Source: Octopus sinensis (taxonomy: Eukaryota). Taken from it: DNA of 64,000 nucleotides. Under the pieces are notes generated by a model. That model was not told the DNA's origin. It ran no database searches and saw only the letters and a program-made list of their open reading frames with translations. Below are positions 13,002 to 24,764 of this stretch, in pieces. A program made the position numbers and the translations under genes. Position 1 is the stretch's first letter; each line of letters opens with the position of its first letter. The DNA is taken from the NCBI RefSeq assembly GCF_006345805.1, contig NW_021825821.1, forward strand, positions 372,001 through 436,000. The letters run 5' to 3'.

Positions 13002-13790
13002 TTAATAAATAAAAAAAGTCTGCCATGTACACGTTAAACAATAATGAGCTGAGAACTGAGCTTTGAGGTACTCCTCTTTTTCGGAGAATGGCTTTTTAAT
13101 CTTGACCAAGATATTTGACAAAGGAGATCCTCCCATTGAAAAAAAACTCGCTAACCATCCAAGGGTTTCTGCATCAATGTCACAATTTTCAAGATTTTCC
13201 AGCAAGACGGAGTGACGGACACTGTCAAAAGCCTTCGACACATCCAAACAGATAATACTGGTCGATAAGCCAGAATCTCTTGCCTTAGATACTATCGAAT
13301 TCAGTCAATAGATGCAGTCAGCACAAGACCGTCCCGGGCGAAAACCCCACTGATCATGAGAGAGCCAGTGATTTTTTTCTATATGCACTACTAGCCTTCT
13401 ATAAATTATTTTCTTCATTATCTTTGATGTAGACCAAATTAGGCTTATAGGCCTATAGTTCGAGGTTTCTTCTTTAGGTTTCTTAGATTTTCGAACAAAT
13501 CGAGCTTCGGTTTTTTATACTTTGGAACATATCCTCTCTGGAGGCTGGAATTGAGAAAGGTTTGTAAGCAGAGACACCAGACAATTTGGTGCATACTTAA
13601 AACAGGCCATTGGAATCTTGTCATATTCCTGGGCCGCATTTTTAACTTCCCTTATTGCTTCTCGGGTCTCAGACTCACTAATTGGAGAACGTTTCAATCT
13701 GCTTATGTATTTTACTCGAGGAGGCTTTGATAAGGAGGCAGATGGATCTGCTTCCAAAACCGCTGTAAGCTGATGTTGATTGATGGGTTA
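13002..13790 (-). mobile_element. Jockey/I-like LINE reverse-transcriptase fragment
   Basis: ISESETREAIREVKNAA..DKIP, DVSKAFDSVRH and a GVPQ(S)SVLSSLLFNVYMAD-like segment across frameshifts. Confidence 0.8.
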
Positions 13791-14851
13791 ATCATGAGAG
13801 TTATTATATCGCGAGTTATGCTTTTATCAATTGTCTGCTAGTAGCATCAAAGCGCATTGAAGAGCTAAGTTTTTTGTGAATAATTGAATTAATGCATTTA
13901 TTTTTGAGATTTGCCAATAGTTCTAAATGGACATCGATTTATTTTTGGATTGGTTTGCTCATTGGCAATTGGCCATAAAATTGGGTTGTCGCTAATACCT
14001 TAATGTGAAATCAATTTAGAAATTGGGATATTATAATTCTGCAAGGAAATACTGACCTAAAAGCATAATGATTAGGTCAAAACAATACAGACCTGAAATA
14101 AAGACGACACAAAGTGCGTCAGCTTTTATGTGATGACATAACATTCCCTGTCATATGTATCAAGCCTATATGGAGTCAACTATCCTAAAATGAATTATTC
14201 GATTAGCATTTTTATGTTTTTGAATTAATTTGGTTAATGAAAGTACGGAAAGTCGCTTGTAAAAAACGCAATTTTAAAACACCTTTCCTAACCCCTCAGC
14301 AGTGACTTCAGACACCCCTCTTCCAGGGCAGAAGATATAAAAATATGTTTTTTCAAAGATTCTTTTTTGTTCCTCTTGATTTGAGACCAGTGGTGCGCGT
14401 GCTCCTCTTTCGGAGATCGGATCACGGATTTCGAACAAGATTTACGACCCTCGCGAGATCAACTGGAAATTCCAAAGTGCTTGATGAATAGTGCACATAT
14501 AATAAGTGGTTTTTTGTAGGTAAAGAAACTGAAATCTGGCACAATGAGTATCGGGCTGGATATTGCTGTGGAATCTTCTAATTTTAAATCCAAGACTTAA
14601 AAGGATGTATTCCCATAATTGATTAAAAAATATATATATTTCCTAGATTATGACAAAAAATGCTTTTTATTATTGTCAGCTGTCACTCGAAAACCACGTG
14701 TGCCAATTTCTTTTTAAATAAAAGAGATACATTTTAAAGAAATAAGTTTTATTATAATTTTTCTGAATATTTAATTGTATTGTTAATATTTTGTAAATAA
14801 ATTATTTTTAATTTAACATAATCTTTTCAATAAATTAATTAATTGGTTCGC

Positions 14852-15398
14852 ATGTTCTGTGTGGCAGAAAAGAGAAAATTGGATTCTTATTCCCCGTCCA
14901 GCAGTTCTGATGATATGTCAGGCCGAATATGCGAGGAAAGTAGAAGACATGCTCGCAGATTGGCCGACAATATTATCGGAAAAAGACGTTGTTCAATGTC
15001 CCACATGGCCGGCGAGGATCACCGACAAAGTATATTTACTCCCCATGCGAATATTTTGGCTGGTTTTATACTTCATTTATATATTCTGGCAGATTATGTT
15101 GATTCGTACATAAATAAAGCAGTCCATAAAAGCCTCCTCAGCAAAAGGAGTTCAAACCATCTCCAACAGCCTCATCAGATCGAGAGACATGACCCAGCAG
15201 AACCATGTTTCAGCGTACAAACTGTCAAAAAGCTGTGTAAACGTCTTGTGGCCGACAGACTGACAGCTACAACAGATCTTTTTGAAATGATCATGCAGGA
15301 ACGATTGGATGGTACCTTGTCGTTGTAATATTTAAGAACATGGACGAATTCTGTCGAAATTGGAGAGAACACAGCATTCGGACGAACCTATGTGTTAG
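14852..15398 (+). CDS. AKIRIN: Divergent Akirin-like protein; intron 15312-15336 (25 nt), possible in-frame intron 15063-15092
   Basis: KRRC NLS-like motif and EPCFSVQTVKKLCKRLVADRLTATTDLFEMIMQERLD|EH, which parallels Akirin LFTLRQVGMICERLLKERE..EEILNTKLAEQY. Confidence 0.6.
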
Positions 15399-15918
15399 GC
15401 TTTGTCGTGTAATTGAATTTTAGATATTTCATAGGCTAGAGTTTATAATGATTTTCGATTTTTAACATTTTGTTTATATTGGCTATAGATTTATTATGTA
15501 GAATTTAGGTTTAATTTATTTTGTGATGATCTAATTACTGCGTCATTATCAATTAAGATCCGAGTAGCCCTTGATTGTTATTACGATCTTATCGAATTGC
15601 AACACCTCTTGAACATATTTATTGGGATTTTATGAGTCATTATGATTAGTTGATTTTTTAGTTCCACAGATTAAGAAAAATATATTTTTTAAAAGACTAT
15701 ATAAGTAGGTCATAATTTAAATTTGGTTTAAAAACATAATTTGCCGTTCTTTGTTTCTTGTTATTTAATTAAGCTTGAACGATTTTTCTATTACGGTTTT
15801 TTGTATTGTTACAGTTATTAGAGTTTGAGTCAAATTATAATTATTTTTTTTGATAAATTTATATTAGTTAAAGTTTTGAAAAGTTATTATATCGAAGAGA
15901 AGAGATTGATTTGAGAAA

Positions 15919-18310
15919 TCAATTGAGGAAGCCCGCTGCCTGTATGGAAAGCGAGTTCCCTCGGAGTATGGCTATTCCGATCCTTTGTCTTAGCCATACT
16001 CCTTCACGAGGATCATTCTTCTTTGTGGCGAGCATTCTTCCGAGTTCGCGCAAGAACTCGGCAGTCGCTGGGCCAACTGCTCCTGATGACTCAGCCGCAA
16101 CAGGGGTGAATCTGTAGCGGTCCCCGAGGAAGGAATATTTTTTGGTTTTAAGGTTTTCCGCGATTGAGGCAGCTGCTCCAGGTGTCTGAACCGATTTAAG
16201 GAGATTCGTGCTTGAGTAAGTATCGACGCAAGTTGCGTCCCAGACCAAAGATCGTCCGGAGTTGAAAGGGAAAAGAGTCATCCCGTCAGGTCTCTTTCCA
16301 TCACCTCGATCGAGACCCACTGGTTCAAGCTGTGCTGGGAAGCCTGCAGCCTTCAGAGCTCTGACGATCACGTCGTTCAGAGCGGCGTGACGTGGTCCTC
16401 TTCCGGCGGATCTCCTGCAGGATAGCGGGTGCAATCCCTTCGCATCGACCGTTTTCCCGCAGCGGCATCGGTGCTCCTGGCAAACGTCTAGTCCAAGTCT
16501 TTGTCCGATTCCAATCCTCAAAGAATCGTCGTCCAAAAAGTCCCGAGATTTGGGCAAGGGATTGCACCAAGCCATGCTCCGCTCCCTCCACTTGAGGCTG
16601 ACACCAGGCAAGCAAGACGATGTTGATTTGCTTCTTTTTTAAGCCCTTCTGAAATTTTGGAGCAGACAATGTTATCCCAGTTCCTTTGTTTCGTTGTGTC
16701 TTCGGGGATTTTGAGTCCTGACCCGTTCCAATCCCGGCAAGCTTCATCAAATGACTCATTCCAGCGAAGTCCAATAGTGTGACGAAGGACTTGCCGTGTC
16801 AAATGGTTGCAGCTTGAGAGAGACGAAAGATATGCCGGGTACGCGACCTCCAGCGCCGATCTTAGACCGACACCCCCAAATCCAGAGGGAAGCTTACATT
16901 GCTTCCAACCGAGTTCGTCGAAGCGGACGTTGATTAGTGACTCAACAGTTTGTTTGAGAGATTTGTCTATCGAAAGTAGACTGTCGTAATGTTCGTGGCA
17001 GGGTGAACTTCGCAGTAGGTATAAAAGCTTGGGTAGTCCGATGTTGTTTCTCATCAGGAAGAAGGATGTGTGAGAGTCGAGGCATGACAATCTTTTTGCG
17101 AGGCGAGATAATTCTTCATTTTTAGAAAGTAGATGGTTCCTGAGTTCGTCTTCACTGAGTGGACATCCAAGGAAATATAGTTTATCAACTGGCACAGTCG
17201 GGATCCCGGGAAGCAGTTCGTTGAAAAACTCCTTGATAGAGAGAAAGTCGGTGTTTGAGTATGAGACATTTATTAACTCTGATTTGTTAATATTGATGTC
17301 CAATCCCAAGTGTTTTAATGCGGGAAGTGCTTGACGTAAAGAATTGTATGTTTCCTCGAATGATCCTCCAATTGTGGCATCGTCGAGATACCAGAGATTT
17401 AGTTGTGCGTCAATTGATCTCACAACATCATCAATTGTCAGGGCAAATAAGAGGGGTCCGAGCGGATCTCCCTGCTGGACACCAGTTTTTGATTTAATGA
17501 TTTCATCATCAAAAACCAGAGACGTATCTTCTCCGTATGACAATTTAACAAGAGGGAAAAGCATGGGAGCCCTCTTCCAACACGTTTCCATAATGGAGTC
17601 TCTTCTGAGAGAATTGAATGCATTGGTTATGTCCAATTTGATTCCAATGCATTCGTTTGCAGTATTCTTCTGTGTGAAGAAACGCCTTGCTGCATGAACC
17701 GCTGCCTCACATCCGTTCTGGATACTAACACCCATTTGTTCTGGGAAGAACTCCGCACCGAGTGGGCGGCTCACGAGGGTCGAAGCAATCTTCGCTGCGA
17801 GTCTTCTGAAATATTTTCCGACCGCAATGGGGCGGATTCCTCCGTTGGTTTTTTGAACGCGAGTAGCCTTGCGGAGAAGAGCAATTCTCTGGCATACTCC
17901 GGGATGTCGCCATTCACCATTTTCCTTATTAGGTCCGTGATCGATTTAACAAGACAGCGTCCTGCTTCCGAGGTGTAGGTGGACGTTAGGTCCTTGATAT
18001 GGCCGGGGCGTAACCCATCCAAGCCTCCGCTGCTGCTGGCGGCAAAAGAAGCGATTCCGCGCCGCACTTCTGATTCGGTAATCATAATCTCTTGGGTTCC
18101 TTCAGGATTCGAGAACTTTACATAATCACTCGGTGCACTTGGGTGCTTCTGAGTTAAGGTATTCAGGACTCGGGGGTGCTAGACAGCACGGTGTCATCGG
18201 ACGTAAAACCGTAGGGCTGCCCGCACATCGCCCTCCAGAAGTTTCCGATTCACTCGCTCCTCCTTCAGTTTGTGGGGGCATCTTTGGTGAATGCTCCTCT
18301 GGTTTGGCTC
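15919..18310 (-). mobile_element. CRE-clade non-LTR retrotransposon (RT + CCHC + restriction-like endonuclease), 5'-truncated, two 1-nt frameshifts
   Basis: KLLEGDVRAA, GGLDGLRPGH, KKPNGGIRPIAVG (after correction), GVQQGDPLGPLLF, YLDD, GFGGVGL, CRCG..H..SC..RH, KRPDG, WDATCVDT and RIGIAILRGN. Confidence 0.9.
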
Positions 18311-19095
18311 AATTTAATATAGAAATTTTTGTCGATCCCTAACTGACGTTTTTAGATATTGATTTATCTTTTTCGAATCCAATTTATAAATTACAGTTAT
18401 TTTGACATAATGAAATATTTTGGATTCCAGCGGTAAGGATAGTGCGGCTATTGCCTCGAAGGTGGCTAATTCTTTTTCAGGAAAAAATATAGCATAGAAT
18501 AACAACAACAAATTTAACTATTTTAATATCAAAAAGGTAAAACTTCATTAAAATATATTTATAATAATTTAAAAAATATGATATCAAAATTAATTTTATT
18601 TCTGAGAAAACTCCTCGAAAAATACAGTAGAGGTCTTCTGATTAAAAAATATATACCATTATAAGCTTTAATATCCGACATTTATAAGCTTTAGTTAGTG
18701 TTAGTTTTATATAGATAATTTTCCTGCAGTGATGTGGTTTTCCACACGTTAAGTGCTACGTCAAATCTAGATATTGAATTAGAAGTTAATTTAATTTTTC
18801 GCATCAAAAATTTTATTAATAGATAAAAGTGGAGAAAAGACATCAAAACTGTATTTCACACATGTATTTACAAAAACAATTTTAAATTTATTAGAAATAC
18901 TGTACTTATACAAAATTGAAAAATGAAAACAAGTTTTGGTGAAAAATATCAATATTTTGCGTCATGAACAATCGTAATAACATTAACAATTTTAGTTTTT
19001 TACATTATTCATTAAAATCAGTCAAAATTTAATTAAGTGCACATTTTCACGGTGATTAAAAATTTGATTAAAAATGTTAGACAAGCAAATTATTT

Positions 19096-19551
19096 TTATT
19101 TTTCACCAGAAAATGATGAAACGTGATGAAAAGGACAGGCAACATCATTTTTCCACGTGAGGATTTTCTTAGGCTTGTCTAACCCTTTCAAGACTCCATT
19201 TTCAGCTAAAATAATTACCACCAACAGACTTAATAAAGAGTGATTACATTTTGGAATGTAAGGAGTAAAGTGACTTTTCCAAGGGTTATGAATCGACATT
19301 TTACATGGTTGTTTCGAAGAATTAAAATATGAGTTTAGGAGAGGAATTCTGCCTTTATTCATAGTATTTGTAAATATTTTGTCACATTCGATCGTCCAAT
19401 TTTTATAATCGTGCCTGTGAGTTGTCTCAGTTTTGTATTCAATATTTGCCCACTAAAATGTAATGTAAAAAATGACATTAAGACGTTCCTCAAACCAGTT
19501 ACCAACAAGTACGGCACTGTTATAGCTATTTATTTGAGTATCATCAAACAT
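19096..19551 (-). CDS. Ciliary microtubule inner protein of the NWE-motif group (CFAP107-like); introns 19453-19476 (24 nt) and probably 19206-19247
   Basis: Spliced MFDDTQINSYNSAVLVGNWFEERLN|WANIEYKTETTHRHDYKNW joins in frame to ORF 19096..19362; Y..VL.GNW.EER is the NWE signature. Confidence 0.7.
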
Positions 19552-19831
19552 TCAGTAAAAGAATTAGTTTATTTGATTTATATTCAAGGATAAAATTAAA
19601 AAAATCATATTTATATTTAAAATAAAAATTAATGTAATTAAATTATCTATCACAAGAAATCAGAAATAATATTTTATTCATTTTTAATAATAAATTAACA
19701 CTATATACTATTGAATATCTTAAATTTAACATCAAATTATCTCAAAATTATTGATTCTACTTAAAAACAAAATTAATAAATATTTTAAATAGTATTTCAA
19801 ACACGTTCTTGTGTATCTTTTATATTCTCTA

Positions 19832-20171
<340 letters not shown>

Positions 20172-20289
20172 TTTCCTTGTTTTCAATTCTTTTTCGTTAA
20201 ATAAAATTTTTTGAATTTTTTCATTTTTAAAAATTGATATTCATTTTAATGGATACCTGTACAGGTGAGGGAAGGGGTAAAACCATAAG

Positions 20290-20600
20290 AGAATGACTAA
20301 GGGCCAATTGTCCAAGGTGGTCGGGTTAGTGACTTCATGGGGTATTTTAAAGCATCGAACATAAATAAGAAGAAACATTCACCGCTAAATATAAAGAAAG
20401 CATTGGAAAGCATGATTGTCTTATATCGGAACAGAATCGAGTTTTGGCAAAAGAATACCGAGTTGGACCGGAGGGAACCTATATCTATTTCCACGCCGAC
20501 TTCAATGAAGCCTAGTTTTTATTTGTGCAGGAAATCTTCAAATATAGAAACAACGTCTCTAAAGGGTGGAATGAATGCTTAGATGAGGAAGACTTACTCG
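20290..20600 (+). mobile_element. Probable degraded REL-type (R4/Dong-like) retroelement fragment
   Basis: KKALESMIVLYRNRIE resembles KKTLESLIVLYRNRVE (~21900, minus) and KKTLENMVV (~56780, minus). Confidence 0.4.
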
Positions 20601-21749
20601 AGTAGCCCGTAGACTTGAAGGAGAGTCTATTCCTTTTATCACGTTTCATAGTTATGCGACATTAAAGGAAGGACAAAGTCATTTATAGGTGTTATTTTGT
20701 GGCCAGCGATGCATGGGACTTTTTTAGTTTTAGTAGAGAGCCTAATTTTTAGTTTTTAGTCAACATTTCTCAAATATTGTTGGTTTACGGTTTATGGCGT
20801 TTGTGGTTTTAAATATAGATAATTTATGTTGTAGCCTATAACTATACGATCTATTGGCAGGGGAGTTGTCCATTCTTTACGACGCTCAAGTGAAAATAAT
20901 TCCACTGGTTTTGACTTGGGAATAGCTCGTTTCCAATTGGAGACAGGATCAAGGAGTGGCGTTGGTTACTTCTTCCTTTAAAAGGAGGAGATTAACCTCC
21001 AGCGGAAAACGGTCGGATTAACATCAATTAATAAATATTAACTTAGTTAATTCATTTTGTTTACTAATAGCCTACAGCTTATAGGTCTTTTTGAGCTTTA
21101 ACGTGGAAAGCCCAAACATTAATGTTGAAGCTTTAAGCATTAGTGTCGAAGCTTGGAAAATTCTGTGTTGGAGTGAAAGCTATATGAACAAAAAACTTAT
21201 TGTTAAACATTCATGGAAAATCTAATAAAGAAACAAGTGATTATCTAAATATGCCCAAATCTTTCATAAGCTGATTTCTTTGTCAATTGAGCAAATTCAA
21301 GATATTAAGGGCAAACCTTGTGGTGGAAATTATTTTTCCAAATCGAATGAATTCTACAAGCAATACATTCTTGATTTGATCGATCTAGGCTCCATGCAGA
21401 GGGCCTTTAAGAACAATTAAATTATAAAAAAATATTGTCAGTTTGTGTCATTACTGATGAACCAGTTTATGATACTCCACTCATTCCATTCTGCGATATC
21501 TTTACTCCTAGAAATATGTTTCTGTCACATCGATATAAGGAGAGCGACGCAGGGCTCAGCAACAGAGTTGCTAGTCCCACGTGAAAATTGTTCATCGTTT
21601 GTAGGGTTATTCCGTCCTGCAAACAGTCGAATAAGGCCTCGTCTATTAGGTCATTCAGTTTGTCCAACAGTTTCTTGAACAGTAAAGACTTTTAAAGCAC
21701 GACCTCAAACATCACGATACACTTTATTCAAATATTAATTAACTATCTC

Positions 21750-24000
21750 CTTTAAATGATTTCGTCACCTTCTGGCATGTGGACTTGTGTGAACTGATCA
21801 ACGTTTGCAATGTCAGTGTCCTATCGAGAGGGAATCCCCATATTCTAGTCCAAACGCCTCTAAGAGAGAAATTTCAAGCGTCTACTCATACGTTTCAACT
21901 CTGTTTCTATAAAGGACAATCAAGCTCTCAAGGGTTTTCTTTATAATGAATGATTGAATTTATGCGTGTATTCTTTTACTGATGTTAAACAAACGTGCAT
22001 ATTGTCGAAATTTTTGATCTACCAGTACATCCTAAGGTAATATGAAAGTGGATGCATTTCACTATTTCATCATGCCTCCTGACAAAGTCCCCATGTAGCA
22101 TCCTCTCACATACAGTATGGTCCAAAATAGTACACCCCCTTGTTTTTTTGTCGAAAAAGTCTTTATCTGCTAAAATAATACATTTATTTAATTATTTTTT
22201 TGTGAATTATATCTGTTTTAGAGTTTAATGAATTTTTCACTTAAGAAAATCGAAATGAATTTTATTACCATATATTTTAAAAAATTAATGATTTTTTAAT
22301 GGTCCATAAATAGTACACCCTTAACAAATTCAACATCTGTTGTGCTTTAAAATTACCTAATAAGTTTTATTTATTATAAACAAAAATTTTTTATTTTTAG
22401 TTTATGTTTTTAATTTTTTTAAGTAATTATTTAACTAAATAATTATCTTATTGTCAGATTTTTTTTATTTATGACGTCAAATGTTTCAATTTTTCTTTTT
22501 AAATAGCACCACATGTCTTCAATTGGATTTAAATCTGGCAAATTTTTTTTTTTCTGTCAAAAAACTTTTAGTCTTCTTTGCAGTATGCTTCGGATCGTTA
22601 TCTTGTTGGAAATTCGGATTTTCTGAATGATCGTTGATAAAGGCATCATTTTTTCCTCAAGTATATTAATGTACATGTCTGCATTCATGATTCCATTTAT
22701 GGTATAAAGTTCACCAGGTCCTTGGAAGCTCATAAATCCACATATCTTTATATTTCCGCCGCCATTTTCATTGTAGATACTATGCATTTTGGATTTAGTG
22801 CACCGCCATTTTGCGCCACATATGCTTAATTCCATTTGATCTGAACAAATTGTTTTGGTCTCATTTGACCACAGAATTCTATTCCAAAAATCCATATTTT
22901 TGCCTACATATTTTTTTGCAAATTGTAAACGGTTTCTTTTGTACCTTTTGACAATAACGGTTCCTTCGAAGTATCAGCCATATAAATTGCATTCATGTAG
23001 TCTCCTTTTTATTGTAGATTTTTATATTTTAATAACAGAATAGATTCCAATTGTTTTGCAATTGCAGATGAAGAGATTCTTGGATTTTTTCAGCAGAACG
23101 TCTGATAGACGGATAGATCTGATAGATAACTTCTTCGGTCTCCTCTTTCTCGATTTAAAATGCCGTTTTATTAATTTTTTATTCCGTTTTTTCGGATTGT
23201 ACAATCTTAGCACGGTGTTCTTGCTAATCTCAAGTTTTTGGCAATTTTTTGTATCCATAGTTGTCCTCGTGTATGGAAATAATACGATTTTTAATATCTG
23301 AAAAGAGATCAACATTACGAAAGTTCATGTTATTATTTTGACAATAAGATAATTATTTAATTAAATAATTACTTTAAAAAAATAAAAGAACCATAAACTA
23401 AAAATAAAAATATTTTGTATATTAAATAAAACTTTATTAGGTAATTTTAAAGCACAACAGATGTTGAATTCGTTAAGGGTGTACTATTTATGGACCATTA
23501 AAAATTCATTAATTTTTTAAAATATATGTATAATTAAATTCATTTCGATTTTCTATAAAGTGAAAAATTCATTAAACTCTAAAACAGATATAATCACAAA
23601 AAAATAATTAAATAAATGTATTATTTAGCAGATATAAGACTTTTTCGACAAAAAAACAAGGGGTGTACTATTTTTGGACCATACTGTATAGTAGCACAAT
23701 GGTCAACGGTCTTCTTCCATCTCATGCAATGGAAAAACATTGAGTTATGTTCTGCGAAGAATAAGCCTTCAGACCGTGGGGAGTTATTGTCTTTGGCCAG
23801 CTAGTAACTAGAATTTTTGACATTCACAAAATCCTCCGTAGCATTTTGTATAGAATGGAATGAAGACATTTTGAAAAAATCTAGTCGAGTAGGGACTTGT
23901 TCTGTGCACCGACCAACAGTTTTTTGTTAAGTAAAACCGATTCTTCAAGTAGATATTTATGCTTCAAGTATTCTTCAATAGTGGCTAGATTGTTTTAGAG
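21750..24000 (-). mobile_element. R4/Dong-like REL retroelement remnant split by the Tc1 at 22113-23686; outer boundaries approximate
   Basis: Removing the Tc1 and one TA restores NNSPRSEG..KKTVDHCATICERMLHGDFVRRHDEIVKCIH in frame. Confidence 0.75.
22113..23686 (-). mobile_element. Tc1-family transposon with ~340-bp inverted repeats, TA duplication and decayed, partly deleted transposase
   Basis: Termini CAGTATGGTCCAAAATAGTACACCCC; inner repeat of the same motif at ~22300 and ~23475; WNRILWSNETK, GGGNIKICG and DNDPKHT motifs. Confidence 0.9.
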
Positions 24001-24003
24001 ATA

Positions 24004-24764
24004 CACCCTTCGACATTAAAATCCGAACACTTATTTTTAGCAAATTTTTAATAAAATAATTTATTTGAGCTTCTTTATTTGTATTATTTTAACTATTTAT
24101 ATATTTAAATATATATTCGAACATATAATTTTCAAAATTAAAGCAGAAACGTGTTTTCTAGTGACAAAGAATTCCGAACGGTATTTTGTTCAACTCGCAG
24201 AGTACAATTTTTATTAGACAGAAATGAATAATTTCAAAAAAGGACAAATTATATCTTTATATAATCAAAATTTCTCCTATAAAATGATTTCGGACATCGT
24301 AAATATACCGAAGACAACTGTTTGGAACTTTGTTAAAAAATATCTAAAAACCGGGATTACGTGCAGAAAGGCTGGATCTGGAAGGCCACCCAAGTTCAGT
24401 CAAGATGAAATTAGGATTCTTTTATCATTATCAACTGATAATTTTCGAACCGCAGCTACCTTGTTTTCAGAAATGGAAAAAATTACACAAAAAAAATCTC
24501 AGCACGCACAATAACAAGAATTCTAAACTCAAAAGGTTTGTATGGACGAGTTGTAAAGAAACGACCATTTAAATTTTGTTCGGTTTTTTTTGTCATGAAA
24601 TTCTCGTTTTTTGCTTTCTTCTTTAAAATTATATGTTTCAATATATATTTAAATGTTAAAATAGTTAGAATAATACAAATAAAGAAGCTCAGATAAATTA
24701 TTTTATTGAAAATGATTAAAAATTTGCTTAAAATTAAGTGTTCGAATTTTAATGTCGAGGGGTG
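24004..24764 (+). mobile_element. Internally deleted Tc1 element (DNA-binding region only), 761 bp
   Basis: Terminal IRs CACCC(T/C)TCGACATTAAAAT(C/T)CGAACACTTA flanked by TA; ORF with paired-like HTH, GSGRPPK and LNSKGLYGRVVKKRP; no DDE domain. Confidence 0.85.
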
